From Macrostomum lignano (Eukaryota), in NCBI GenBank assembly GCA_002269645.1, contig NIVC01001098.1, positions 62,001 to 126,000 on the forward strand: 64,000 bases of DNA, written 5' to 3'. The position numbers and the translations under genes are program-made. The notes beneath the pieces are model-generated. The model was not told the origin of the DNA. It ran no database searches and saw only the letters and a program-made list of their open reading frames with translations. Positions 36,546 through 49,100 of this stretch are shown in pieces. The first letter of the stretch is position 1. Each line of letters begins with the position of its first letter.

Positions 36546-38014
36546 ATGATCAATTTGTCAAGAATTGCGACTGGAGATATCTCCGGACTTGAACAGCAAG
36601 AGTACGAGTTTATCTCACGACTGTCTATGAGCCCTGATGTGGCTGGATTGATTAACTAATACACCGGTGTGTCATTGGAGGACACTGAGGCCTTGGATAA
36701 ATTCTTGTCTGAGGTTGATTCCGACGCGGATACCTGTGTGCAAACAACACTATTGGATCTGGATCAAGCTGATATGGACTTTACATAAAAAATTGAGGAG
36801 GAGTCCAAGTCTCCCGCAACCGTGGCCCAGACGAAAATGCACGTAGCTCGCTTGAAAGAATTTCTTCGTTTGAGAAAACTACCGGATTGCATCGAGACCA
36901 TGCCGCTTAGGTATGTAGATAGTTACCTGAGACTCTGGTATGTGAATCTCAAGATTGTTGACGAAGAAGGAGAGCGCCACTATGCCCCCGACACTTTTCG
37001 CTGTTTTCGGGCAAGTATTCATCGTTACCTTGTGGAAGTTCGTGGATCAAAAGTGATTGGGGAAGACGCGTTTCGCCTTAGCAATCAAACGTAGAACGGC
37101 ATGCTGCGTCTGTGCTGTAAGCATCGCAAGCGCACAATTGGCGAGAGCTCTGGATATGTGGTCATTACTGAAATCGACATGGAGAAGCTGAGCAAGTACT
37201 TTGACGAAAGTGATCCGCAAAGGCTTCAAGACGAAGTCTTCTTTTTGGTTATGTACCACTTCGGCTTCCGTGGTAGAGAGACAATCCGGGGGCTGAAGAA
37301 GTCTGACCTGATTGTCTCGTCGGTGAACGGCGTTAAGTGTGTTGACCTGATCAAGGATGGAGCAGAGAAAACCATCACAGAGAGGGACTGGACTGACGGC
37401 AAACAGATCCGTCTTTTCGCAACCGACGACAACAGATGCCCTGTCGCGTCCGTGGAGAAGTACCAGGTACCTGTCTAAGATTCCGGAGCAGGTCAGTGTG
37501 CTTTTTCCGAAACCTATGAAGATCAAGCCTGGGGCAGCTAATTGGTATTCTTCAACCTGTGTTCTTGGAAAAAACACGCTTAATGATATGATGAAAAGGT
37601 ATCTGAACGTGCTGGACTCAGTCGTGTCTATACTAATCATTGCGTAAGAGCTACGACCGTGACGAACTTGGCTGACAGCGGACACTCTATGGATGAAATC
37701 AAGGCTGTAACGGGTCAGTGTTAGTTGTTTTTGTAGTGTGCTAAGTTATAGAGATTATAGCATCACTCTAAAGAAACCGATTTTTTGTAGGTTATCGCCG
37801 CGATGAATCCGTCAATCGATACACCAAGCGCATCTCTAAGAAGAGAAAGATCCAGGTTTCTCGCAGTCTCACGGAAGCATTGCACTCAGAGTCGAAGATG
37901 TCGAATGTGGTTTCAATTGAGCACCGCCAGACGGAGTACAATGAGCCTGGCCCGTCGCGCAACCCAATAGCTACTCTGGAGAAGGATGGAGCTAAAATTA
38001 GCTTCTTCTTGTAA
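36546..38014 (+). pseudogene. Crypton-like (DUF3504-type) tyrosine recombinase, inactivated
   Basis: Motifs FGFRGRE, RCPVAS.EKY, YTNHCVRAT, VTG(Y)...VNRY. Stops at 36657, 36786 and 37092; 7-nt insertion ~37464; 1-nt deletion ~37600; GT-AG intron 37714-37790. Confidence 0.85.
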
Positions 38015-38230
38015 GAGGCAAGCGGTGAATGGAAGCAAGATGTGAACCTGTAACGGACAATGAATTTTGCTAGCAATGTTTGTGACAATTACATTTAATG
38101 GTTATTTGTTGCAACTTTTAAGTATACGTTAATTACGATTAGCCTAAAGAAAGTGCATTTCTCGCCTCTTTCGCAGTCTCATCCTTTTCCCGAGGAACAA
38201 CAACTTCTATGGTAATTTATCGGTTGTACG

Positions 38231-38288
38231 AGGACTGAGAACCATTTCTCAGTCCCCAAACGAGGCCTGAGAAATAGTTCTCAGTCCT
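38231..38288. repeat. Nested palindrome between the two recombinase genes
   Basis: AGGACTGAGAACCATTTCTCAG ... CTGAGAAATAGTTCTCAGTCCT (21/22 inverted); each arm is itself a hairpin. Confidence 0.88.
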
Positions 38289-38369
38289 GCTATAAACAGT
38301 TGTATTTAACAAATGTAAACCAACAACAGGAAGTTCAAATAGTAAGATTTAGAAGCGTCTTGTAAGCAC

Positions 38370-39688
38370 TCACTCGAAAACGATTTCAACGGTGTTGGTG
38401 TTACCATTGATGTTAAGCCTCATTTTCTTTGCAGGATTAGCAGTCACTACGTTACTTTGTTCCATAGCTTCAACAGAGCGTTCAGGCTCGGTGTCAATAG
38501 ACAGACTTGATGACTGACCACCAGATTGAAGAGCATGCGATACTTTAACATGGTCTTGTACGTCAAACTGAATATAGCGCTCAATAGCTGTCGAAGAGTG
38601 TCCTGTAACACGAGCGATGTCCTCTCTAGCAAAGCCAGCACGGTGTAGAGTACTTGCGCAAGTCTTGCGTAGAGACTGATTAGTGTACCTTTCAGTCACT
38701 CCAGTTAGGGGAGCCGTTAATTCACGAACAATACCGTCCAAGCTGTGCCGGCCGACGGGTGCGTTTTGGTACCACCTGCCTTGCTGGATGCTGGCATCGC
38801 TACGCATCCAAGCCAGGAACAAATTCTGAACCGTACAGTTTTCCGGTCTTTTGTCCACATACAGCTTGTAGATGCAGGGTAGACATCTATCATGATCAGC
38901 AGTATGAGATGCTTTAACGGTTTTCAATGGAACAAAACGTCGCTTTATGCCAGCGTTGTTGGTCTTCGTGGCTCTGTTCTCACAGTAAACTAGAAGTTCT
39001 TGACCGTCTTCATGCTGCAACTGGATCTCACAGCTATATCTCAGACCATGCAGCTCCGTGCCTCCACGCAAAGCGAACCAAGGTAGAACACAAGCGTAAA
39101 CAGCAGTAATTTCGGCGACGTTGTTGCAAGACGTCCTTTCTGCCACAACTCCTCCTCCAGAGTTGCGGGAATTGGGCTAGACGCATTTGTCCTTGGAACT
39201 AGGCCCTCTCTAGTAGCTTCTTTCATGGCAGCATCCAATGCCATTCTTGCATCCCTGCACGCAGCGTCCTTCCAGAGATTCAGTTCTTTCTTGAGCGTGT
39301 ACTGCAGATAGTGTTGCATCATGGAAAATATGTCCCTAAGGGTCGTAGCATTGTATTTAGTGCCATCGACTTTTCGCACCTCGAGAATGAACATCTTTAA
39401 TAGATAGTTCCAATCGCAAGCGTTCCATTCATGACGCTCCTTCAACACGAGAAGGCCAGTTGTATCACCATGTAGAATTCGATTGTGTCGCTGCTCAAAC
39501 CACTGGTCAAAAATTCTTACAGCCCATAGTTCCTTCCTTCGCGTATTTGGTGGGATAGCAGCGTCCAGCTTCCCTTGTATTTCGTCAGTCGAGAGCGTAG
39601 CGAATCGATCACTACCAGCAGCAGGATTCGTTGCAGCGGATTCTTTACTTTCAAAATATCGTAGCACTAGATCTAAGTCGTCTTCCAT
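38370..39688 (-). pseudogene. Second Crypton-like (DUF3504-type) tyrosine recombinase, frameshifted
   Basis: ORF 39688 (IPPNTRRKELWAV, RKVDGTKY, VFYLG) continues in ORF 39146 frame (FALRGGTE, RCLPCIYKLY, YTNQSLRKT, VTGHSS...RY) via a frameshift near 39075. HxxR His appears as Gln. Confidence 0.85.
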
Positions 39689-42032
39689 GGTTCTATTATA
39701 TATGCAAATGGATGGACTGCTCAGTGCTCCATCTAGGTAGACGATTTATAACACTTTAGCCAGTCAGTCACATAGCTTGTGCCATAGACTAACTGTACTG
39801 GATATTGATGCGTATTTTGCTTTCAGTAGGTTAAATATTTTCTCCTCCTTTTTCCAAATGATATACATATGTTATACTCAATCGTTCTGGCAAAAGTTTG
39901 GCCATAGACTAGCCTCACATATCCTCATTTCGGCCCGCGATGTGGCCTGCGAAATCTAGACACAATATAAAACGTGGTCGCCTCAAGATTTCTGCACTAG
40001 GCTGATAAAATTTATGTCTGTTGCGCATTTGATCTGCTGACAATGCTATCTTCTTTATATTTCTAAGCTTATTCAATTAGTATATGGTTCCTAGGGACTC
40101 AATGCAACTGTATCTTTCTTTTGTGTTAAGATTCGATAGCTTCTTTTATTAAAAAAGGAATACAAGCGCTACGAGCCGCTGCAGAAAATAAAAAAACTAC
40201 AATTCAAATCGGTCTAAATCTTCCTCTTCAAATTTTTCTACAAACGTAACAATGTCTATGTCTAAAATCGTTGCAGGATAAACTATTTTTAGGACCTCCG
40301 ATCCGAGTGTTCGTTCCCGCTCTGTGGCTCTGTTATGCCATAAAAATCTTTCTGCCGAACTAAGCAGCTTATCCATATTGGTATACTCTTTCCCCATTCG
40401 TACAGCTTTGATGAAGCTAAAGAGCTTGGTTGCTTTCGACTACTACTTATACGACGTATTAGTCGAAAACTACTGTCGATTACAACTTATACAACTTTCT
40501 GATTCAAACTAAGATTCACTCTCTCAAGTAGCCCCCTCGCTACATGTAGTCTCAAAACCGGACTTAACGTTTCAAGGGAAATAAAAAATACAACACGCCA
40601 TTTGAAATTACAATTTTTCTAAATTTCAAACGTGCTACTCGATTTTCTGATGTTTGTCTGTGTTAACGGGGAATTTTAAATTGGTGCTTGTAAAATTTAA
40701 AACGTCATGGCGTGCAATAACCGCGTATATTGGGGTGTCTGCCTTCTTGGAGTTTTTCGAGTCCTAAAACGCAAAAATCCGATTCGAATCCTAGCGATCT
40801 GATTTTGCGTGAAAAAAAAACTTTTTTCAATTTGAAAATGCCTGGTCTACGGACTTGACTGAGTCAATAGAACATTTCTGCGCACCTTCATGGCTCTGAT
40901 TAAAAGAAGCTCGTGCGAACTCCTTAGCTGATCGAACCGTCTTATCAGTGTTCAGTTGCAGATTCTAGAATGATCTCAAATAGCAGTAGGGCGCGGTGGG
41001 AAGATAAGGAGACAGCAAAAAGCTGCCGAGATCGGCGGCGGATCGAGAAGAAAAGGAGACTTTCGAGCTGATAAGACGCGACTGCTGCCTGTAAATATAG
41101 GAATTGCCTTGGAGACGATTTCGAACTTTCGACTCGACTAAAAGCCGAAGAATGCGCATTTTCATTGATTAGACAAATTTAATGCTAGTATCAGTGAGTC
41201 GCAACGTATTCGCATCGTCGTTGGTCTTCGGTACTGCTTTATGCTTTAAAGTGCATGCAAATGTACACGCAATGTATATTAGGGTGGCTGGTAGGGGATT
41301 CCATAATTATACGAGTAGCTTTTGATGCTTATAGCAGCGATGGGTCGAACCGCCCCGAATTGAATCGTTCAGCTCCATGTACGGTTCTGGGCTCGCTTGC
41401 TTGTGTTGCTGTGCTTCACTTTGCTTCACCTGTCGCCCACCATTCTCGGTACATGTAAGAAAATCTTACCATAGCAACGGTAACAATTTGATGAAAGTGA
41501 AAGCCGTTTCTGCGATCTCTTTTTGTCTAAACAAGCTTCTAATCTTCAATTTGATTTTTAACTTTCGTGGCGAGGCAGGTGGGTGAAGTCGCTGGTTTCG
41601 CCCGCATGGTGATAAAAACCATAGCGCCACTTTTTCAAGCAATGCATTCAAGTTGCAGATAGCAAACTCGAAAGTGAAGATAAAAGATTCCAGTGGCATT
41701 ATGTGGCTGGCGCTATCAGCTGAGCAGCAGGTGATCAGAGCTGCCCCGCTCGGGCAACCAGTCAAAAAGTTCAAGTGCCGGTGGCTGCGCCGCTCACCCC
41801 TCTCTGCAATGCGTTGACGCACGCTCAAAATAATTTTCAGACAGCCAAAACTCACCTGGCCTGGCCTCGACCAGTGCCAGCTGGCAGCGAGAGGCGTTCA
41901 CCGCACGGCCTATTTGTTGTTCCGTCGTCATGGCAGCCGCGATAAAACCCCAACAGCAGCTGATAAATGTCGCCCAAGCCGCGAGTCCGAACTGCGAATC
42001 AGTTTTTTGGCGACCTCTAACCCACTGGGAAA

Positions 42033-43142
42033 ATGAGGCCGCTCCAAGCAACGCTGGCTGCAGTCCTGCTGCTGGCCTTCTGCGCCGGCTTCAATGCCGA
42101 ATCAATCATCGGAACCGTTCAAGTGATGTACTCCGGCTACAAGTTCAATGGCTTGAAGGTGAACGCCTCCGGAGTAAACGAGTCGAAAGAAATTCATCGA
42201 TTCCTCAGCATTCCATACGCTCAGCCGCCCACCGGAAACCGGCGGTTCGCCAAGCCCGAAGCGCTGGACTTCAGCAGAGACGTCGAAATCGATGCCTCAG
42301 AGCAGCCTCCGCTGTGCCCACAGGACAACTCCACCAAGAGCCTGCCGTACAGCGAGGACTGCCTGTACATGAACATCTGGTCGCCTGACACCACCTCGGG
42401 TACCAAGTACCCCGTGCTGGTCTACATCCACGGTGGACGCTTCGAGACTGGCGGCATCGCTGAGCCGGAGTACCAGGGCGAGACCCTTGTGCGAAATCAG
42501 AATATCGTCTTCGTGACCATCAACTACCGACTGGGCGCCACTGGCTTTCTCTACCTGGATTCGACACTGATGCCAGGTAACTTTGGCCTGCTGGATCAGC
42601 GCCTGGCTCTGAAGACGATCACTGATATGATAAGTGCTTTCGGCGGAGACCCGAACAGAATCACCCTGGCCGGCCACGGAACCGGCTCCGCTTCTGTCGG
42701 GTTCCACATCGCCACTCAAGATGTCCCGGTCACCCGTGCGGTGATGATGGGCGGCTCGCACCTCATGCCCCTGGTCTGGTCGAACGACATCGATGCAGTG
42801 AGGGGCGTTAGTGAGCGCTTCGCGAACATTCAGCTGAACTGCGCTCGTGGGGAGGGCAAGCTTCAAGAGGTGATCGAATGCCTGCGAAATGACATCTCCA
42901 TTGAGAGGCTGATCGAAGAGCAGAAGAACTACGAGAAGCTCTACATTTCGCTCGAGTTCATGCCCGTGCTGGACAAAGAGTTTTTTAACTTTATGGACCC
43001 GCTAATAACTTGGGGCGAGCGCCGTAAGAACGTCACTTTGCTGATGGGCGTCACCGCTGACTCCGGAATCGAGTTCGCCCTCAACTCGCTGCGCACTCGC
43101 AACCTCACCACCGACATCCTCAACCGCGATGTGTACTACGAG
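42033..43142 (+). CDS. Exon 1: signal peptide plus esterase-like domain 1 (type A), N-part
   Basis: ATG at 42033; donor GAG|GTGAGT, phase 0; nucleophile elbow GHGTG. Confidence 0.92.
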
Positions 43143-46100
43143 GTGAGTAGCTTTTCCTATGCTAGGCGAATGTCCCCGCGGATATTGTTCATCCGGCTAT
43201 CCAAGACCACCTGCTCTGTTGCAACAGTTGTTGCGACATTGAGCAAACTCAGCAGTTTTAAATTATTGATCGTTGTAGGACTGACTTTAGGCTCAATATA
43301 CTTAAATCCATGTACATTAAAAACCAGAAACCAAATCTGAACATTCAACTTTCTCACAGTGGTGCGGGCCATTTACTCAAGGTATTCTAAGTGAAGGCAC
43401 AACCCGATCATTGTACTCGCAATCTCTGCTCACTTACTCTGAACATTCTGCCCCTGATATGCCCTTGGACTGTACAGTAAACATTTGTTCTCTATTTATC
43501 TCTTATAAAAGTTGTTGCGTGAGTGAAAATACATCAGAACCTGAAGATGGCCCTTGTTGGACCGAAACGCTTTGGAAGAATTTAATCTAACCTAATCTAC
43601 GAGCTATGTTGATTTTCACATTTATTTTCAATTGTTCGTTTACTTGTAAATCAATAAGCCTCATCCTCACCCCGCCTTGCCCGTCCCGCCGCAGATCCTG
43701 CGCCAGCAGTTCGTGCACTACCCCCGCTTCCCCACCGAGCTGGACGACACCGGGCTGAAATTCCTCCAGCTGTCGCACACCGAGTGGAACGACGCCCAGA
43801 ACAAAGAGCTGCTGCTGAAAAAATGGTCCGAGGCTCTGGGCGACTTCAGCTTTCTCTGCCCGACCCTCTACGCCCTGTTCGATGATGACAGGCCGCAGCC
43901 GGGAGAGGACATGAACGCCTACCTGTACTACTTCGGTGCTCCGGACCCGTTTAGGGACAACGAGGCGCCCGGACACGTCAACGATGTGCGCTACTTCCTT
44001 GGCGTCCCGGACGGCCCTGGCCTCCCGTACCCGAGCGAGCACAACGAGCTGGCCAAGCGCATGATGGAGGATCTGGCCAACTTTGTCACCACCGGAAGGC
44101 CGAGTGAGGAAATTGTTTAGAATATGAATTTCAAAGGAAACAGCCCATTCCAGTAAATGTCAAATCCTCTAAGAATGAACTGAATTTCCTGCCATTCCTA
44201 CAGCAGTGGGTAATCCAACTCATACCCACTCTCATTGCCTCCTTTGCATTCTTATGATGAATTTTTCGCGGACTCTCAGCCCAGTCAAACCCAGCGCTAA
44301 ATGGCTACCCCGGGATTTCACACACAGACAACAACTGGCGCAGCGTGATCGCCGGGGACTGGAACTACAACAGCTACCTGCCGGTGCAGGACCCCGGCCT
44401 CTACGACTTAACTGGCGGCTTCGCCATCCGCCGCTGCCGCTGGTGGTACGACACCCTCAGCTTCGTGAACCGCCTCGTGCCGGGCGACTCTGCGAAGCCG
44501 ATGAGCCCGCTGCGGCAGGACCCGTTTCTGCTGGACGGCAGCACCATCGGTGCGGCGCCGGCCCGCTCGAAGCCGCAGCAAGAGGCTGCCGCCAACAATT
44601 TCCAGCCCACATCCGCGCAAATCATTGACAATGCCACTGTGGAGCTCACCGAGGTCGGCGCCACTGTCAGGGGGCACCGGCTCTCCGCGAACGCGAACGG
44701 GAAGGAGATTGAGCGATTCCTCGGCATTCCGTACGCGCAGCCGCCAACCGGCGATCTGCGATTCGCGAAGCCGGCTCTGAAGGACATTGCAAACGGTGAG
44801 TTACATTAAACATTGCAGCTGCAAGAAAAAGAGGCAGATCAAGGTTTTCGGTCCGAAAGTCAAACCCACAAGCAAAGATGAGAAAAAATATTCTGACAAT
44901 TCAGCAGAATAAGCCAGCTCATTTTTTTATAAAACAGTTTGCAGACTACAAAATTGCGCTTAGCCAAATCCAACGAAATTTCGTTACATCCAACGAAAGC
45001 CTTCTACTGCCAAAATGCTATTAAATAATTGCTAGCAATTATTTCCTATCTTCCTATATCTCATATTTCCCATATCTTCCTATCTCGCCATATCTCGAAA
45101 TTTGGAGGATTTTCATGTGTAGCGTCCCGCTGCTGCAGTTGTCCATGTACCTGTGCAATATGAACAGTTGTTCATGTACCTGTGCAATATTAACAGTTGT
45201 TCATGTACCTGTGCAATATTAACAGTTGTTCATGTACCTGTGCAATATGAACAGTTGTTCATGTACCTGTGCAATATGAACAGTTGTTCATGTACCTGTG
45301 CAATATTAACAGTTGTTCATGTACCTGTACAATATGAACAGTTGTTCATGTACCTGTGCAATATGAACAGTTGTTCATGTACCTGTGCAATATGAACAGT
45401 TGTTCATGTACCTGTGCAATATAAACAGTTGTTCATGTACCTGTGCAATATGAACAGTTGTTCATGTACCTGTGCAATATGAACAGTTGTTCATGTACCT
45501 GTGCAATATGAACAGTTGTTCATGTACCTGTGCAATATGAACAGTTGTTCATGTACCTGTGCAATATGAACAGTTTTTCATGTACCTGTGCAATATAAAC
45601 AGTTGTTCATGTACCTGTGCAATATGAACAGTTGTTCATGTACCTGTGCAATATTAACAGTTGTTCATGTGCCTGTGCAATATTAACAGTTGTTCATGTA
45701 CCTGTGCAATATGAACAGTTGTTCATGTACCTGTGCAATATTAACAGTTGTTCATGTACCTGTGCAATATGAACAGTTGTTCATGTACCTGTGCAATATG
45801 AACAGTTGTTCATGTACCTGTGCAATATGAACAGTTGTTCATGTACCTGTGCAATATTAACAGTTGTTCATGTACCTGTGCAATATTAACAGTTGTTCAT
45901 GTACCTGTGCAATATTAACAGTTGTTCATGTACCTGTGCAATATTAACAGTTGTTCATGTACCTGTGCAATATTAACAGGTGTTCATGTACCTGTGCAAT
46001 ATGAACAGTAGTTCATGTACCTGTGCAATATTAACAGTAGTTCATGTACCTGTGCAATATTAACAGTTGTTCATGTACCTGTGCAATATTAACAGTTGTT

Positions 46101-49100
46101 CATGTACCTGTGCAATATGAACAGTTGTTCATGTACCTGTGCAATATTAATCAAGGACCACTAGCAGTATATATACTCAGCAACATCGAAAAGTCGCCAT
46201 CACAGATCCGTCTGTGATCGCCGCTTTTGAGAGTGCAGGTAGTCTCTCAATCTTTGCGAGTGACGCAACTTAAATACGCCGCGGCAGACTTGAGTTGAGA
46301 AATGAAGTGGGGGAGCTGTGTGCGAGGGTTGGACGGATTAAAGCTACCCCGATGAGTTTTCTCGCATCTTTTATTTCAGAATGGTCCAAGAGAAATTGCT
46401 CACTGACGCATAGAGTGGCGACTTTTCAATGTTGCTGAGTCTTAGAACATGAAATGTAACATGAAATGTATAAAGAACATGAATGTTCTTAGAACATTTG
46501 AATTTTGCTCCAATGTTAGAAAAATTTCAAGCGCGCAGCGACACAAACTCAGCTGGCCCGCAGGCATAAAAACCCTTCGAGAGAGGGGGGTGGGCGCAAG
46601 CCGGGGGGTTGGCGGTGTACACAAAACCCGGTTAGTGCTGGCAGCACAAACCAGTTCAGAAGGTCTGTGCAGAGGACGGCGTGTGGCTGAGGCTGACTCA
46701 AGCCAGACAACTGTCTCAGTCTGCCTGCGCGAGGTTTGACCCCCACTTTTAGTGTGTCACAAGACACCTTCAAAACAGAAAAATTCGTCGAAATAAATTT
46801 CTTAGGAAAAATCACAAATAAAAATCACAATACCAACAACTTGTAAAGCCGCATTGGATAAAAGCATGCTGGCTTCAATTAATTTATCACCGGTAGTATG
46901 GAAGGTACGCTCGTAGTTTTGGGCTACAGGCTCTTAATGACTCCATCATTAGTTTGAAATGGCCCTGGGTCTTCAAGTAAATTTATTAAAGCCTTTCGAT
47001 TTACGCTCAAAACAGAAAAATGCACTTTTAGATTTTATCAGCGACCTCAAATGTCAGAATCTTCCAGATAGTTCCGACTTCTGCCCCTTCTGCAAGCTGT
47101 AGAAGTCCTTTCCTCAATTCCAAAAGCACTCCTGTTGAGCATCGCATAATTCTTATTTCTTCAATTTACTTTGCAGCTACCATCGATGCGCAAACGATGC
47201 CTAAGGCGTGTCCGCAGGCGTGGAATACGACCTTGGAAGAGGACGAGGACTGCCTCTACCTCAACATCTGGACTCCGAGACCTAGCCTGACAGCCAATGA
47301 GTCTCAGCAGGTCCCCGTACTGGTGTACTTTCACGGTGGCTTCTTCGAAGTCGGAGGCATCAACGATCCGTACCGGAGTGGCGAGAAGATTGTCGAGCTG
47401 CAGGACGTCGTCGTGGTTACCATCGGCTACCGACTGGGAGTTCTAGGATTCCTGCCCTTCTCGGCCGAGGGCAGCCGCGGAAACTTTGGCCTCTTCGATC
47501 AGGAGATGGCGCTCAAATGGGTGGAGGCGAATATTCACCACTTCGGTGGCAACGCCAGTCTCATCACCGCCGTGGGCGACGACGCCGGAGCCGTGTCCAT
47601 TGGCTACCACCTGATCCGCAACGAGACCCGGATCTCCAGGGTGATTCTCCAGACGGGCAGTCCGTCTATGGCCTATCCCCTGAACAACGACACCGATGGC
47701 ACCCGCATGCGCATCGAACAATACCTGCAGCTAATGGGATGCAACAACAGCACCACGGACGCCCAGTTGGCTTGCATGCGGGCCAAGTCCGTGTCGGATA
47801 TCAACAGTGTCTACACTAACGAGTTCGCCAACAAGTTCGGTCCGGAGGCCCTGGTCACAGTCGACGGAGACTTTCTCAAGGAGGACCCGTGGCATTCGGT
47901 GCAGCAGGGCGACATGTCCCAGGTGCCCATGATCGTCGGATTTGTCGACAGGCCGGGAAATGAGATCATCAACCGCAGGATTCGCTTCGGCGAGCTGGAC
48001 TTGGCAAACATTTCTTATGACGAAGTGCTGCAGGTAAGCCTCTAAAATATGTGGGTGAGTTTTATAAGTACTCGTAGATGAATAATTCACTATGCAACCA
48101 TAAACACTTGCAGAACATCGTTAACGCATCATACTACAACCCGAGGCTACCTAAGGAGCTGAAGCAGCCCGGAGCCACGCTGATCGGGATGCAATACCGA
48201 CCGCCGCTTCTGCATAGGCAGGTGCTGATTGACAGCCTTAGTGAGGCCTATAGTGACCGTTTCTACACCTGCGGAAACAACGAATACCTGCAGCAAGTGA
48301 TCTCTAAGCGGCATCCGCTTGATGCATTCCTGTATCACTATGTGTTCTCCGAGAAGTCCAATGTTGAAAATATTACATCCGATGGAGCAAGCTTGTGTAG
48401 GTGCCATTTTATTGCATTTTTATTAGTAGCCGATAAAAAATCAATCCAAAAAAGCCAAATAAATCAATATATATACACAAATCTACTCTACAGCCGAGGA
48501 CACCTTCTATCTCTTCGGAAATCCTTTGCAAGGACCTGAGTGGAACGATGAACAGAAGAGTCTGTCTGAAAAGATGATCGAATTATTCACGCACTTCGCC
48601 GAGACAGGAAATCCCAATCCTGAAAACAGTCTCGACCTGTGGTGGGAGTACACAGCAAATCTAAAGCCCTACCTTGTGCTCGATGCGCAGGTGCACAATG
48701 TGTCGGTAAATTGGGGCTTCCGGATTAACGACTGCGGATTCTGGCAGGAGGTTCTTCCCTACGTCAATGAGCTGAAGGAGCCGCCGGAACCAACCAGGCC
48801 TCCGATCGGACCAGAGGGAGAAATTATCGATGAAATCATCATTGAAATCGACCTCGGAAGAACGCAAAACAGGATCAGCATCGCCGGAGACTTGGTGCGA
48901 CTGCCAAACGGAAAGATCATCAAGCGATTCCTGGGTCTGCCCTACGCGGAAATGCCACTCACTCGGTGGAGCCAGGCTTCATTTCCGAAGGGTGGCAACT
49001 ACACAGCGAAGTCTATGCCACCAGCCTGTCCGCAAACCATCAATCCAGTTCCGGGAGGAAGCATGTCAGAGGATTGTCTGTACATAAACGTATTTTTTCC

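Noticed and set aside
36546-39688. Phage or bacterial integrase contamination
   Set aside because: The motifs are of the eukaryotic Crypton/DUF3504 type and one copy has a GT-AG intron.
47575-47590. Asp-nucleophile hydrolase activity (epoxide hydrolase/dehalogenase-like) in domain 2
   Set aside because: The catalytic His is missing in B domains, and the other B domains carry Glu, so catalysis is unlikely.
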